Positions 1 through 14,734 of a stretch of 64,000 nucleotides of DNA are shown here, piece by piece. Both the position numbers and the translations under genes were made by a program. Within the stretch, counting starts at the first letter, position 1. Every line of letters starts with the position of its first letter. The stretch lies in the NCBI RefSeq assembly GCF_009914755.1, contig NC_060944.1; one strand, written 5' to 3'. The notes beneath the pieces were generated by a model. The model was not told the DNA's origin. It ran no database searches and saw only the letters and a program-made list of their open reading frames with translations. This stretch comes from the human T2T-CHM13v2.0 reference genome, Homo sapiens.

Positions 1-824
1 GCTGGGCAGTCTTATTTTCCCCCAAAGGCTAGCAGGGGAAGCCTGCTTTGGTTTCTAACCCCCAGACAACTCCAGGGAAGGCCCACATAATTGATGTTCT
101 GGCGACAGATGCATGAATTATGCACCCAGCTATTGTACAGACCTAAAGCAGGCACCCCTTTTGTACTTGAGACTGTGCCCTCCCTCTCCCCTTCCCTCAG
201 CCCAAGGAAGCCTAGGAAACGAGCAAAGCAGGGGGAGGGGCTCCACTGGACTCCAAGGTGGAGGGTGTGGGGGAGTGCCTGCTGCTCAGGGTTGGGTTGG
301 GAGGGTCAGAGCACACCTGCCATCGGTCTGTGTGAATGTGCATCACACAGCGTATGCGGTAATGCAGTGTGGGGGGTCTCCCCTGCCCCACCCCTCCTGA
401 CCCCACCTGCAAGAACTTTTTCTTTCCCAGACTCAGTGAGGCCCTTAGAATCAGGGCCACACTTCCTGCCTGGGGAACTTCCCAACGTGATTTAAGCCCT
501 CTGTGCCTCAGTTTCCCTATATGTAAGACAGGGATCATTGCAAGACTGCAATGAAAATTCATTGAACTCAAAATGCCCTTAGCTAGTGGCACAATCACTT
601 TAAACTTTAATTGTATTTATTTCTCCACATTTCTTTACATTTATTTATAGCTGGTTTTGGACTTGAGTTTGAGTCCCAAGGCTATTATTCCCCAGCTGTG
701 TGGCTTTGGACAAGCCACTCCCCCTCTCTGAGCCTCTATTTCCTTTTCTCTGAAATGAAGATGAAGGTAACTGAGTACTCACCTAAAAGCCACTTAATAT
801 ATAATGTTATTAAATTATTATTCA

Positions 825-1120
<296 letters not shown>

Positions 1121-1884
1121 TCAGGTAATTTATGGTCAACCCCATCCCTAACCTCTGTACTGGTTGCTTTTGGAAGCCAGGAGTAGCTGTGTAGACCCCA
1201 GTGACTGCCTAAGGCAGCGTGCGTCCTCTAAACAGCTCGTGGACCCAGATGGACTGTGTTGATTTGGTTTCTGGGATAAGCCCCAGGAATGGGGAACTGA
1301 CTACCACCTGGGAGTCCTCCCAGCCCCAGCTCAGGCCTGGACAGGCCTCTGCTTTTCTGGGATCTGAGCCCAGTTGGGCTTGGCAGAACTCCAGGAACCC
1401 GGGGAGCAGAGGCAGGAGCCAGCTCCAGAGACTGGGAGGCTGTCCCCAAATTCCCTGTGAAGAGGTTCTGGATCCTGGAGCCTACCTGTCTGCACCAAAT
1501 GGGAGAGGGGGCTTTGGTCCTCTGGGGGAAGAGATTGGCAGGTGGGGATCCCCAGGGTGGAATTCAGGAGTGCTGGAGCCAGGCCCTCCTCATCCTAATC
1601 GTCGGCTCTGGTGGTTAATCACAGAGAGGCCTACGGACTGTTTATCGTGGCCTCTGCACACTTCCCTGCTGTTCCAGGAATGTGGATGAGGCACAGACTG
1701 TCCATGCAGAAAAGGGCTCAAGCTTCCTGCTGGGAAGATGGGGAAACTCAAGCAGAGAACGGAAGTGACTTGCCCACGGTCACACAGCCCATTGCTGTCA
1801 ACACTGTTCAGTAACACTAGAAGCTTTGGCAAGCTGGAAGCTGCACCTAGTGTTTAGGGCTTGCAAATTGCTCTTCGTAAACAT

Positions 1885-2706
<822 letters not shown>

Positions 2707-2841
2707 TTTTTTTTTCTTTTGAGACAGGATCTCACTCTGTTGCCCAGGCTGGGGTGCAGGGATGTGATCTTGGCTCACCGCAGCCTCAACCTCCCTTTTT
2801 GTATTTTTTGTAGAGATGGGGTTTTGCCACATTGCCCATGT
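2707..2841 (-). mobile_element. AluJ, 5'-truncated with internal deletion
   Basis: GAGACAGGATCTCACTCTG...GCAGCCTCAACCTCCC joined directly to TTTTTGTATTTTTTGTAGAG; TSD CAGCCCATTGCT at 2368-2379 and 2842-2853 flanks both Alus. Confidence 0.85.
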
Positions 2842-2979
2842 CAGCCCATTGCTTTCCATCCCCACAACATATGGATAGTTCATAGGAGAGAAGAAGCTGA
2901 GCAAGCCACAGAGCTGCTGTAAGCCCTGCAGCGACTCCCCATTCTCCCAGTTAAGTTCCAGTTCCTGTGCCTTTAGTTG

Positions 2980-3460
2980 GCATGTGCTTATTGAGCACTT
3001 CCTAAGTGCTATGCTAGTTGCTGAGGGTGCTGCATGAATAAGGAAGAAAATTTCCTAGCCTCATGGAGCTAGCAGGGAGAGGCAGACCAAAAAAACCCAA
3101 AAACGTAAACCAGGAAAGAGGCAAGGTGATGTCAGATAGTGTTAGATGCTGTGAGTTATTGAGAAAAGCAAACCAGGGGGATCGATGCAGAAGCACTAGG
3201 GGTGTCCACGGGAGGCAGAGTGGTCAGGGCAGGCCTCTCTTAGGAGGTGTCTCGTTGCTGAGACTTAAAAATAAGAAGTGTGTGTCATTCAAAGATGCGA
3301 ACATTCTAGGCAGAAGGCACGGCACGTATGAAAGCCTTGGGTGGGAATAAGCCTGGTATATCAAGCAACCCAAAGAAGCTCAGCATGGCTGGGGCTGCAT
3401 GAGCGAGAGCGGGAGAGCGGGGTGGGCCTGATGAGACCTGATGAAGAGATCTGGGTTTTA
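2980..3460 (-). mobile_element. L2 3' region
   Basis: TTATTGAGCACTT...CCTCATGGAGCT...CATTCTAGGCAGAAGGCAC...AGCATGGCTGGGGC; reverse L2 3' end. Confidence 0.75.
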
Positions 3461-3584
3461 TATTAAGATCCCTTTTCTTCTCTCTCCTGACCATTTCCCC
3501 TATTTCCCATTGTAACCCACACTGAATCCTGCAGAAACCACTTAAAGTTCCCAAACTCACCACCATGGGTGCTTCCACCTCTAG

Positions 3585-3955
3585 ATCTTTGCTGTTCCCT
3601 CTGCCTGGAGTACCCTTCCTCCTACTCCAAACCCACTTCTCCTGGCTGGTTCCTACTGCCTATTCAGGCCTCAGCTTTGGGGCCACTTGCCCCAGCGAGC
3701 CCTCTCTGGGCCCCCGGTCTGCATTAGGTACATCAGTTCTCTGAGCTCACACAGCCCCTGCGCATCTCTGATCACAGCCCTGGTGCTGCTGAGCTGAAAC
3801 TGTTTTCTCCTTTCTGTCCCACACTAAAGTGTCACCTCCATGAGGGCCCGAACTGGGTCGGTCTTGTCCAGTGCTGTGTCCTCAGCTCCTGAAACAGTGC
3901 TTGGTACAGATGGGAGCTTTCTATATAGCTGACAAATGAATGAACAAGTGAATAA
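3585..3955 (+). mobile_element. L2 3' end
   Basis: TGCTGTTCCCTCTGCCTGGA...CAGTGCTTGGTACA...AATGAATGAA. Confidence 0.7.
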
Positions 3956-4295
3956 AGAAAATGGAGGCTGAGAGAATGAAGTGACTTTTCCAGAGTCTCG
4001 CAACTTGTAAGCGGTGGTTCCAGACCCATGGACTTGATCTCAGGTCTGTGGGTCTCCCAAGACGTTTTCAAGGACGTAGGAGGAGGCGGCTGCTGGCCCA
4101 TCAAACCTTCGGTCCTTTTATGGTGCTTCCGCTTCCCCCAGCTTTAAGGGGGGATTACAGCTGGGGAGTTTTAATTAGAAGGGTCACTGGTGCAGATCCG
4201 ATTAAGGGGATTGGGAGCAGGCTGATGGGGTTGCCCGCATCCCCTACAGGCAGGGAGGGGTCCCTGGCAGAGGATTGGTAAGACATTGGAGTCAG

Positions 4296-4314
4296 AAGCC
4301 TGCAGGGGGCGCTC
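4296..4314 (+). promoter_or_regulatory. Candidate CTCF site
   Basis: AAGCCTGCAGGGGGCGCTC matches the CTCF core CCRSYAGRKGGCRS with one deviation; CpG retained. Confidence 0.5.
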
Positions 4315-4489
4315 GTGGGCACAAAGGGACAGGAATCCTGTGCGTGTACAACAAAGGATGAAAGCAGAGGGCTTTGCCATGAGAAGAAAACAGTCACAAA
4401 GATGGAAAGAGGATGGAGGGCCACTGTGGAGGGCGCCCTAGCCCTTATAACCCAGAGGCTTTGCTGCTGGGAAGTTTATTTTTACTTGG

Positions 4490-4716
4490 TTGACCGAGTT
4501 TCAAAATTGGGAGATTTTACATAAAAATCCAGATTTTCACATTCTTTTGGAAAATTAGATGCTCGTCTTCACTCAACCTGCATTCCCAGTGGCAACCACT
4601 GGCTAGAGCTAAGGAACAGCAACCCCTTGGGAGAGTGAACCAGCTCCCTAGTGTGCCACAGGCCCTTCACCTGTTTTGTGATCTGTCTCTGCAGGCAGCT
4701 GGGTTTGCAGTCACTG
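4490..4716 (+). mobile_element. hAT-Charlie relic (MER102/Charlie4-like)
   Basis: GGGAGATTTTACATAAAAATCCAGATTTT...GCATTCCC...GGCAACCACTGGCTAGAGCT. Confidence 0.65.
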
Positions 4717-5137
4717 ACCCACCTGAGGCGATAATGAAGACAACACCTGCCATAGGGTATGAAGAACTTTCCAGACAAGATCTGCATCAGACTCCACAAG
4801 CCAGGAACATGGGGGTCACACTTGCTATACCCTGCCCTATCCCCATACCCAGGGATCAGGAGACAGGAGCCTGCAGGGGGCAGGCTAAGAGCTAAGAAGG
4901 ATAAGTAGGAAGTAACCATGCAGAGTGAAGGGAAAAGCATTCCAGGCGAAAGGAACAGTGTGGGAAAGGCCCCATGGCAAGAAGATAGTGGTTGCTAAGT
5001 CTGATCAATTCAAGTTCACCAACATCTGCGCATCTGTTCCATTCTCTCCACCTGCACAGTCCCCACCCTCCCGCATCAGGACTTCTTTCTGGCCTCCCCA
5101 AAACCACTCTCTGGCCCACTATTGCAAAGACCACTAG

Positions 5138-5525
5138 CTGTCACCAACATCTATTCTTCCCCTCTTCCATTGTCACAGAGTTTTAGCTGGACCCAGGGCT
5201 GCCCAGAATAAAGACTACATTTCCCAGCTTCCCTTGCAGTTAGATGTGGCCATGTGATTAACATTGGCCAATGGAAGGTGAGCAGAAATAATAGAAGCCC
5301 TGTCTCCTTTTCCTCCTTGCTGGCTGGCAGGCAGATGTGCTGGGCAGAGCTGGAGCAACTGTCTTGGATCTGAGATGGAAGCGAATCTCAGTGCTAGACT
5401 GGCCCTTTATGGAAAAAGTTTGCCAGCTCCTGGTCTATCTCATGACATCCATCTTGTTGAAGCCACTCACTGTATTTTGGGGTCTCATTGTTACAGCCGC
5501 TTAGTCTCTCCCTGCCTGACTAACT
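5138..5525 (+). mobile_element. MaLR LTR (MLT1 family)
   Basis: AATAAAGACTACATTTCCCAGCTTCCCTTGCAGTTAGATGTGGCCATGTGA...GGCCAATGG...AAGCCACT...TTGTTACAGC. Confidence 0.78.
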
Positions 5526-5599
5526 CTCCAGCCTTCTCTTGTTCCATGCTCTTCTCTGCCCCCTCATCTCAGGTACATTAACCAGTAACCTTCCTTTGG

Positions 5600-5950
5600 T
5601 CGTTCATAGTCTTCACTATCTTCTTGCCACGGGACCTTTCCCACACTGTTCCCTCCACCCGGAGTGCTTTTCCCTTCACTCTGCCTGGTTACTTCCTACT
5701 CATCCTTCTTAGCTCAAGATCACCTGTTCAAGGAAGCCATCCTTGACTTTCCTGACCAAGTCAAATCCCAATCACAGACTCTCATAGTACTATTATCCTT
5801 CTCCTCATAACACTGTTCAAGTTGCAATTTTGCAGTAATGTCCACCTCTGCAGACTGTAAGCAGTGTGAGGGCAGGGGTTATATCTGATTTTTCTCAATC
5901 TTGAATCCTTAGAGCACATAGTTGGTGCTCAATACATATCTATGGAACAA
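5600..5950 (+). mobile_element. L2 3' end (followed by a MIR fragment to about 6040)
   Basis: CACACTGTTCCCTCCACC...GACTGTAAG...GAGGGCAGGG...CACATAGTTGGTGCTCAATACATAT. Confidence 0.7.
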
Positions 5951-6072
5951 AGGATCTCATTTCATCCTGATAACAATCCTACAGGCTGTGCTGTGCCTCC
6001 ACCTGTTTTATAATTGGGGAAACTGAGGCTTAAGAACAAATGTCCAGAGGAACAATTAAGAAAATAGTAGAT

Positions 6073-6366
6073 GGCCAGGCATGGTGGTGCAGGCCTGTAA
6101 TCCCAGCACTTTGGGAGGCCGAGTTGGGCAGATCACTTGAGGTCAGGAGTTTGAGACCAGCCTGGCCAACAAGGTGAAACCTTGTCTTTACTAAAAATAC
6201 AAAAATTAGTCAGGTGTGTTGGCACATGCCTGTAATCCCAGCTACTCAGGAGGCTGAGGCAGGAGAATCGCTTGAACCCGGGAGGCAGAGTAGTGAGCCG
6301 AGATCATGCCACTGTACTCTAGCCTGGGCAACAGAGCAAAACTCTGTCAAAAAAAAAAAAAAAAAA

Positions 6367-6396
<30 letters not shown>
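6073..6396 (+). mobile_element. AluS with A27(GAA)7 tail
   Basis: Dimeric Alu; poly-A 6349-6375 then GAA x7; degenerate TSD AAGAAA(A/G)TAGTAGA. Confidence 0.95.
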
Positions 6397-6397
<1 letters not shown>

Positions 6398-7199
6398 GTA
6401 GTAGAGAGAGAGTTTAAACTGATGTATACTAGACTTTGATGCCCTTCTTTATTTTAAAAAATATACATACCTGGGACCTTTCTTATCCTAGTATCCTGGG
6501 GTCTGGTTTTTAACTTATGCCTTCACTTGAACCGTCTCTCTGAGGTAACTGCACTCTTCTTAACAAGCTCTGGGTTGGGCAACCTCTTCCTAACAGGCCA
6601 GCCAGGTTCCCACAAGCCTCTCCAAAGGCAGGAATTCTGGGAGATGGTGATGTCACCATCTCCTGCCAACCTGAGGACAATGGTCTCTGGTGGAGGAGGA
6701 AGAGGGACTCAAAACTGATCCCTGCAGAGGGAAGAGGGGATGAAGAGGCTTGTTTCTGAAGGGGAGAAATGCGAGACAGTGTGCTCCCTGCCTGGGTGGT
6801 TGCCAATTCCCTATATTTGCTGAGGACATGAGCAGGTGGGGGAGGAACTGTCAGTGTTAACCGTGATGAATGGCACGGGTCCATTCCTGTTGTAGAGAGC
6901 AATGTATTGAATGAAAAATGAGGAGCACAGGAAGTGTTAGGCAAGGACAGTGTCCCCAGGTTCTGCCGGCCACAAACCGGTTTCCTTGTCCTCTGAGTCT
7001 GGCTGGAGGGGACTGGGGAGGGTAGTCTCTGAGAGCTTGACCAAGGTGGCTGGGGTTGCTAATGGAAGCTAATTATATGAGTCTGGAGAGATGCTGGGGT
7101 TAGGTAGTACTCTGGCTAATGTCAGAATAATGGCTCTGTGAGTGGTCTTTTTTTGACAATAGCCAGATTTACTGGTTAATGTCCAATCTACTTTTTGAA

Positions 7200-7565
7200 A
7201 GAGACATTTTGGTGGCTTAACAATAGATCTTTCTCATCTATTATGAAATTATAGCAGTTTAGTCTCACCAGAGATTCATATTGAGGTGAAATGGACACGT
7301 GGGTAGTCAGGAGACCTACTTTTAATTCTGGCTGGGCATGCTTCGGCAAGTGTCGTCACATCTCTGATCTTTCTCATGCAGGATCCACTGAGAGTCTAAT
7401 GGGTCTCCAGTACAGTTCCTTTCTAGGTGGTGACTCAAGAACCTAGTGGCTCTACCATCTCAATTGGTAGCCTCCAGTCTTGCCAAGGCAGAGGAAGGGA
7501 CAGTGTGGGCAAGTCACACTTGCTCTTAAATGCCCGCACCCAAAAGTGATACACATCATTCCCTC
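7200..7565 (-). mobile_element. Degraded MaLR LTR (MLT1-like) fragments, antisense
   Basis: GGTGGCTTAACAATAG... and CACACTTGCTCTTAAATGC...AAGTGATACACATCA resemble reverse MLT1 segments. Confidence 0.4.
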
Positions 7566-8274
7566 CCTCAACAGTGAGGCCTCTGGTCTCTTACTGTGTC
7601 CTCCAGGGGGACACAGTAAGTGCTTTGAAACTTACAAAATGCTTTATAACAGGCTAAGGAGATGGTCCCCAATATGGGTGTGTGCACAATATGACACACT
7701 GCAGTGCAGAAACAAATGACTGGCATTTCTACCCTTTACTGTTAAAAACAAACAAACAAACAAACCAAGAAATCAAGTTTTCCTGATGTTAAGTCCATGA
7801 ATTAACATCGGGATCCTTGTTCACTCAGTATGTCAGGCAGCCATGGAGAAAGGAGAAGACCCCTGGCGGGAGAGTAGGGGTGCTTCAGCTTAGCGGGGTT
7901 GGCAAGGAAGCCCTCACATCTTTGTTTGATGGCCGCAGTGCCATGTATGTGTGTCTGGGGTGAAGAGACTTCTAGCACTCATGGGTGTCTGGTTCCAGTC
8001 TTCTTCCTGGGCAAAATGTCTATTTCCTCGAGGCAGTGGGGCGGGGATATCTGGTTCTGTATGGGCTCTGTGTGGGTACTGGCAGAGGCATTTAAGAGTG
8101 GGTGTGAGTTCTTCACACAAAACTTTGATGGGTAAAGTCAAGAGATTGTGGATTTCTTCATTACTGTAGCACAATCTAGCATCTTCTCACTAATTCATCT
8201 GGTCGAGTCAGGTTACAGATTCTATTTTCTGATTTTAAGCTAACTAGTCCTCTCAGACAAAGATGAATGGCTTA

Positions 8275-8499
<225 letters not shown>

Positions 8500-8784
8500 T
8501 CAAGACAGTGGCTGAACTGATGCTTCCCCCACCCCAGTGGTCTGAGCCCTTTGGCAGTGAAAACACAAAGTTAAAAATAATGATGATCTCATCAGATCTG
8601 ACAAGAGGTTGGCCAGAAAAGGGTTGAAATGATCAGGAAGACTCTTTGTATGTGAATTTTCATCTACTCTCTTTTACAGTGAGCCCTATTCTCATTCATT
8701 CATCAAAGAAAGAAAGAAGGCAGGATAAATGAAATTTGATAAGGAATGAATGAGCTAGATCCAGGGGGAGGGAGGCACTAGAAT

Positions 8785-9000
8785 GTGTTGGTTAAGAACC
8801 AGGACTTGCATTTTAATCTGTTTTCAATTTTCCAGCTGTGAGGCCTCGGACAAGTTTCTTAACCTCCCTGAGCCTCAATTTCTTCATCTGTGCAATGGGG
8901 ATCACCAGAGTTCCTCCCTCACTGGGTTGTCATGTGGGAATTCAATGAGATAATGCGCGGGGGTGCCTGGCACGCAGTAAGGCCTCGATGAATGTTAGAT
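8785..9000 (+). mobile_element. MIR
   Basis: GGTTAAGAAC...GCTGTGAGGCCTCGGACAAGTTTCTTAACCTCCCTGAGCCTCAATTTCTTCATCTGTGCAATGGGG...CCTGGCACGCAGTAAG. Confidence 0.85.
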
Positions 9001-9124
9001 GTTCGTTTGTTTTAAAGCTGCGAGGAGTACTTCGCCTCGATATAAGGACGACCGTTCTAATGGTGGGAGCTGTTACAATGAGCTATTGTTATTATGCAAT
9101 GGAGGGAGGCCAAAGAGAAGGATG

Positions 9125-9272
9125 GAATCAGCAAGATCTGGGTTCAAATCTTGCCCCTGACATTTACTGGCTGTTTGAATTTACACAAGGAACTTCATCT
9201 CCATGAGCTTCACTTTCCTCATCTATAAAAAGGGACTATTAATACCAACATGGTCAGATTCTTATAAGGATT
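9125..9272 (+). mobile_element. MIR
   Basis: GATCTGGGTTCAAATC...GAGCTTCACTTTCCTCATCTATAAAA core. Confidence 0.75.
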
Positions 9273-9277
9273 TACCT

Positions 9278-9750
9278 CATTCATTCATTCATTCATTCAT
9301 GTGGGGATGTGCCAGGTAATCTTTTAGGCCCTGGTAATACTGCAGTAAACAATTCAGGCAAAAATCCCAGTTTGCACGGAGCTGATGGTTTTGTAGAGGG
9401 AAGGGGCACACAGTGAACAATAATAAGTCAACAGGATCATTTCAGGCTATGATAATGGCTATGAAAAAATGAAGCTGGTCAGGGGAAAGAGAATGACTAT
9501 GAGATGGTTTACTTTAGCTGGGGTGATCAAGGAGGGCCTCCTTGTGGATGTGACATTTGAGCTGAGACCTGAATGATAAAGAGGAGCTGGCCACATGACC
9601 ATCAGTGGGAAAAGCATTCCAGGCAGAGGGAACAGCAAGTGCAAAGGTCCTGAGGTAAGAACGTGTTTGGCAAGCGTGGCTGAAGTAGGTTAAGTGGAGG
9701 GGACAGTAAGGAATGTGGTAAGGGGGGCAGATCTTAGAGTGCCTCCAGGC
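9278..9750 (-). mobile_element. L2 3' region
   Basis: (CATT)n end, GTGACATTTGAGCTGAGACCTGAATGA...CATTCCAGGCAGAGGGAACAGCAAGTGCAAAGGTCCTGAGG. Confidence 0.85.
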
Positions 9751-10234
9751 CACACACAATGAGTGCAGAACATGCTATTATTATTAGTATCATTAGCAGC
9801 AGTCTTCCTCTGACTCCCTTGTTTGTCCCCCACTAAGGACCTGCTTTGGAAAACAAGGACATCCATTCTTGTGGTTCTCCTGGAAGATCCCTTCAGTTAT
9901 TCAACTGTCCCACATGAAAACATTCAGGGCAGCAACACTCCAAGTCCTTGGTCTGGTTGTTGAAGGGGAGGTTGACTCACTAGAGTGTAAGGAATGATTG
10001 CATTAATTGTCCAGGAAAGTGACAAGGAGGTGACTCTGGTCATGCAATTTTGAGCTTTGGCTTCAACCTTTGGGGGCCTCGCCCTGCCACCTCCCATTCT
10101 CTCAATTCTTAATGCTCAGGGGTGAGATTTCTATGGGCCTCGGGCCACTTTGAGGAAAGCCATGCGTGCACGAGACAAGTATCCATTTTCTACTCTTTCA
10201 CAGAATCCTGATTTTGTGCTTACGTGACTACTTT

Positions 10235-10962
10235 GCTTGAAGATAACACCGCCCAGCCTCCCCTGCAGCTGGATGGAGGTCACATGCTTGGATCTGGTCA
10301 ATAAGATGGGAGTCGGAGTGTTGTGTGGGACTTCTAGAATCTCTTTTTTCTTTTTTGTTTTTCGTATTTTTTTTCTTTTTTTTTTTTTTGAGAAGGAGTC
10401 TCACTCTATCGCCCAAGCTGGAGTGTAGTGGCACGATCTTGGCTCACTACAACCTCTGCCTCCCAGGCTTAAGCGATTCTCTGCCTCAGCCTCCGGAGTA
10501 GCTGGGATTACAGGTGCGCGCCACCATGCCTGGCTAATTTTTTTGTATTTTAGTAGAGATGGGGTTTCACCATGTTGCCCAGGGTGGTTTCTAACTCCTG
10601 AGCTCAGGCGATCTGCCCGCTTTGGCCCCCCAAAGTGTTGGGATTACAGGCATGAGCCACTGCACCCAGCCCCAGAATCTCTTTAAAGCAGGGAAGGCTG
10701 CCTCCTCTTTTTAGATCTTCCTCCATCCTGCTGCCAGGGATGATTACATGATTGCTGGAACTCTAGCAGCCACTGAGAGTCGTGAGACTGAAAACCCCAC
10801 TCTGGGAAAAGCAGAGCAGAAAGGTGGAATGAGGCTGGGGCCATGATGACTTTATAGAGCCATGGTACTAGTCGTGGACTATTTTCATCTGGACTGATGA
10901 GAGAAATATACTTCTCTCCCTGGGTCTCACTTTGTTATAGAGCCAGGCCTAGATTCTAATCA
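10235..10962 (+). mobile_element. MaLR LTR (MLT1) split by an Alu
   Basis: CCCAGCCTCCCCTGCAGCT...GGTCACATG...; resumes after the Alu to CTTTGTTATAG. Confidence 0.65.
10347..10671 (-). mobile_element. Alu (Sz/Jb-like)
   Basis: Full antisense Alu; TSD AGAATCTCTTT at 10336-10346 and 10674-10684. Confidence 0.95.
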
Positions 10963-11429
10963 GCACTGCAGTGGTTAGCCCAGTAATTCTCCAGTATATG
11001 GAGAATATGGAGTACAACTTACACATGGACTGCCAACCCATCTGATAGTAACACAGGCAAAAAGACACCGGTTGCCCAGAATAACGTAGCAATGGACTGG
11101 GAACAAGTTGCTCAGAAAACAACTCCATTCCATGGAACTTGAGTAGTTCCCTGTGTCCTTAACTGGCTCCACTCCACACCCTTCCTTCCTTCCCTTTCTG
11201 GACTCTCAGTAGCCTCTCATTTTCCTGTTCTAAGAGGGAGGTCAACAGAGACCTCGGCACCTTTTCATTTGCTGTTCCCTGGGCCTGGCCTGGAGAGACC
11301 TTTTCCTGCCACCTCCCCTGCCCCTTCACCAGTTTGCTTTCTTCCTTCTTTCGGGACTCAGTAGCAATGTCACCAGCTTTTCCTAGACTGAATTAAGTTG
11401 AGTCAGCCCTTTCATTGCCCTGTCACAGC

Positions 11430-12322
<893 letters not shown>

Positions 12323-12347
12323 GTGAATGGTTTGTGAGTTGGTCAGT

Positions 12348-12391
12348 TGGATGGAGGGATGGATGGATGGATGGAAGTTTGGATGGATGGG
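12348..12391 (+). repeat. (TGGA)n simple repeat
   Basis: TGGATGGAGGGATGGATGGATGGATGG... Confidence 0.8.
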
Positions 12392-13193
12392 TTTAGAAGC
12401 CATGACCCCAATCGGACCACCCAAATGCAATATGTTTACTGAGCACCCCTCCTATGCAAGGCACTATTGGAAAATGCAAGCTTGAATTAGCAGCTGGATG
12501 CCTGATACTAATGATATAATAACAGCTGAGATTTATTGATTTCTCACCAAAGCAGGCACTGCGCCAACTGCATTGCATGACCGATCTCATTTACTCCTTA
12601 TATCAACCCCAGGAGGTAGATACTCTCGTAATTCCTGCTTTGCAATTGTGAAAACCAAGCCTCAAAAAGGTGAGGTTCCATTGGAGGAGGAAACATTTGG
12701 GCTGGGGCTTGAGGGCTAGAGATGGATTCCAGCAGGCAGAGATGGGAGTAGGGGTGTTCTAGGCAGAGGCAGCTGCATATTCAAAGGGTTGGAGGTGGGG
12801 AATAACAGTCAAGCCAGTTTGGCTAGGGCAGGTGTGCACACAGAGAGAAAACTGGCAAGAGGGGAGACCACCATTTACTGCACACCCGCGACATGTGAGG
12901 TACCAAAGCATTTATTCACCATCACCCCAGGAAGTAGCTCCTCTTTTCACCTTCATTTTTCAGAGGATGGATCTGAGGCTTGGAGCCCCTAAATAACATG
13001 CCCAGAGCCACACAGCAGGATTAGGACTTGAATTCATGCCTGTCTCACTCTGAGGCTGGGTCAGAGATGGATAGTCAGAGGTTCAGGAAGGAGTTGACAA
13101 GGCTGGCTATGGAGTAACTGAGCATGTACTGGGAGCCAGGCACAGCATACTATCTCAATTAATCCTCACAAGTACCCAGGAGGTAGGTATTAG

Positions 13194-13730
13194 TGTGGTG
13201 GATATGTTTTTGGATAGTTTAGCATCATTTTTTGGGAATTGTTCCTCCTCCACAATCACGCATTAAGTGAAGTTGACCCTGTTTCTCCGTTTCAGGGGGT
13301 AAGAGTGAGATCCAAGCTTACCAGTTAGGATAATTCATCTCCCTGGCCACAGGGATTACTTTAGTAGTGTGGGCATGACTAAAATTGGTCAATCAGGGTT
13401 CATCCTGGAACTTTTTCTCAAATTATTGGGAAAGAGGTGGTCTCTTTCATCAGGGGCTGTTGGGTTAACAGGATATCAACCAGAAGTGGCTGGAGGGTCA
13501 ACTCTGGCTCTCTGGGGAAAAAAAATCTGCCCAAGAGTGTAGCCAAAGCAGAGGGACTCTGTGCCAAGACACAAAGACAGGTTTCTAATGACATTATTTG
13601 AGCACCTGGATCCAGCCATCCCTGAAGCCATCCCTTTGGATTTTCCAACAATATGAACTGATGAATGCTCTTTTTGGATTAGGCCAGTTGGGCTGGATTT
13701 CTGACCCTTGCAAATAAAAAGTGATCTGAC
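13194..13730 (+). mobile_element. MaLR LTR (MLT1K/L-like)
   Basis: TGTGGTGGATATG start...GGGCATGACT...GGTCAATCAG...TTTGAGCACCTGGATCCAGCCATCCCTGAAGCC...GGATTTCTG. Confidence 0.75.
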
Positions 13731-14539
13731 TGAACAAAATTGTTATCTTAATTTTACAGGTGAGAGAGCTAAGATTCATAGAGGTAAAATGACTTGCGTT
13801 TAGGATCCACAGGAAGGAAGGGGCTGAATCACACTGAGATATCACAAAGAAAGTGCATGGCATCTACCAGGTCCTCAAGAAATGCCTGTTCCCTTCTTCC
13901 ATAGATCAAGGAGTGGTGGAGAGAAGGACGGGAGGAGGTATACCCACTGGTGGAAGCTCCCCCATGAGCCGCAAGCTTCTGGGCAGATTCTAGATTGCAT
14001 CTGGAATCCTCCAAACTCTCCCAGCCTGCACTGGGGTCTGGCAGGAGCAACCAAAGCCCAGGAGTTGACACATAAAGTGAACAAGCGGTCAGATGTCAGC
14101 ATTTGAACAAAATTCCTGAGGATCCCACTCTCTCCAAAAAAGTGTCATCTAAGAGCCCTGGCTGCAACACAGGGTTTCCATAGAAGGGCCAGAAGTCTTA
14201 GCACTTCTCAGGGCTTACGCTTAGTAGGATCTTGTACAGATAATTGTTTCAGTACCACCAAGGATTCTGTGGTCACTTGAACTTCTCAAAGCTCCTTCAT
14301 ATTGAAACTGGATAGAGAGTAAGGGGTTAGCCTACAAACTTTGACTTTGGACAAAGTTGGGTTCCAATCCTGGCCCTTGGCAGCTGGGTGACTTTCGGTA
14401 CATTACTTAACCTCTCTGAGTCTCCCGTGTGAAACAGGCAGAATCGGAAGATGAAGTCAGACAAAACAGGTAGACACTCTTAGTACAGAGTTTGGAACCA
14501 CTTCAGCTTTTGGGCAAGCAGATTAGTTCTAGATATAGG

Positions 14540-14680
14540 TTGAACTCTGGCATGTATGATCACATTAACTCTCTGAGCCTCAGCTTCCTCATCTGTAAAA
14601 TGGGGCTCAGAATAATACCCCCTGCACAGGTGGTTGTCAGGCAGCAATGAAATCATGCATGGAAAATGCGTACCCCAGGG
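14540..14680 (+). mobile_element. MIR
   Basis: CTCTCTGAGCCTCAGCTTCCTCATCTGTAAAATGGGG core. Confidence 0.8.
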
Positions 14681-14734
14681 TACGCATGTGAACCGAGGAC
14701 ACCCTGCCAGCAGGACGGCCCCCCACTCATCCAC

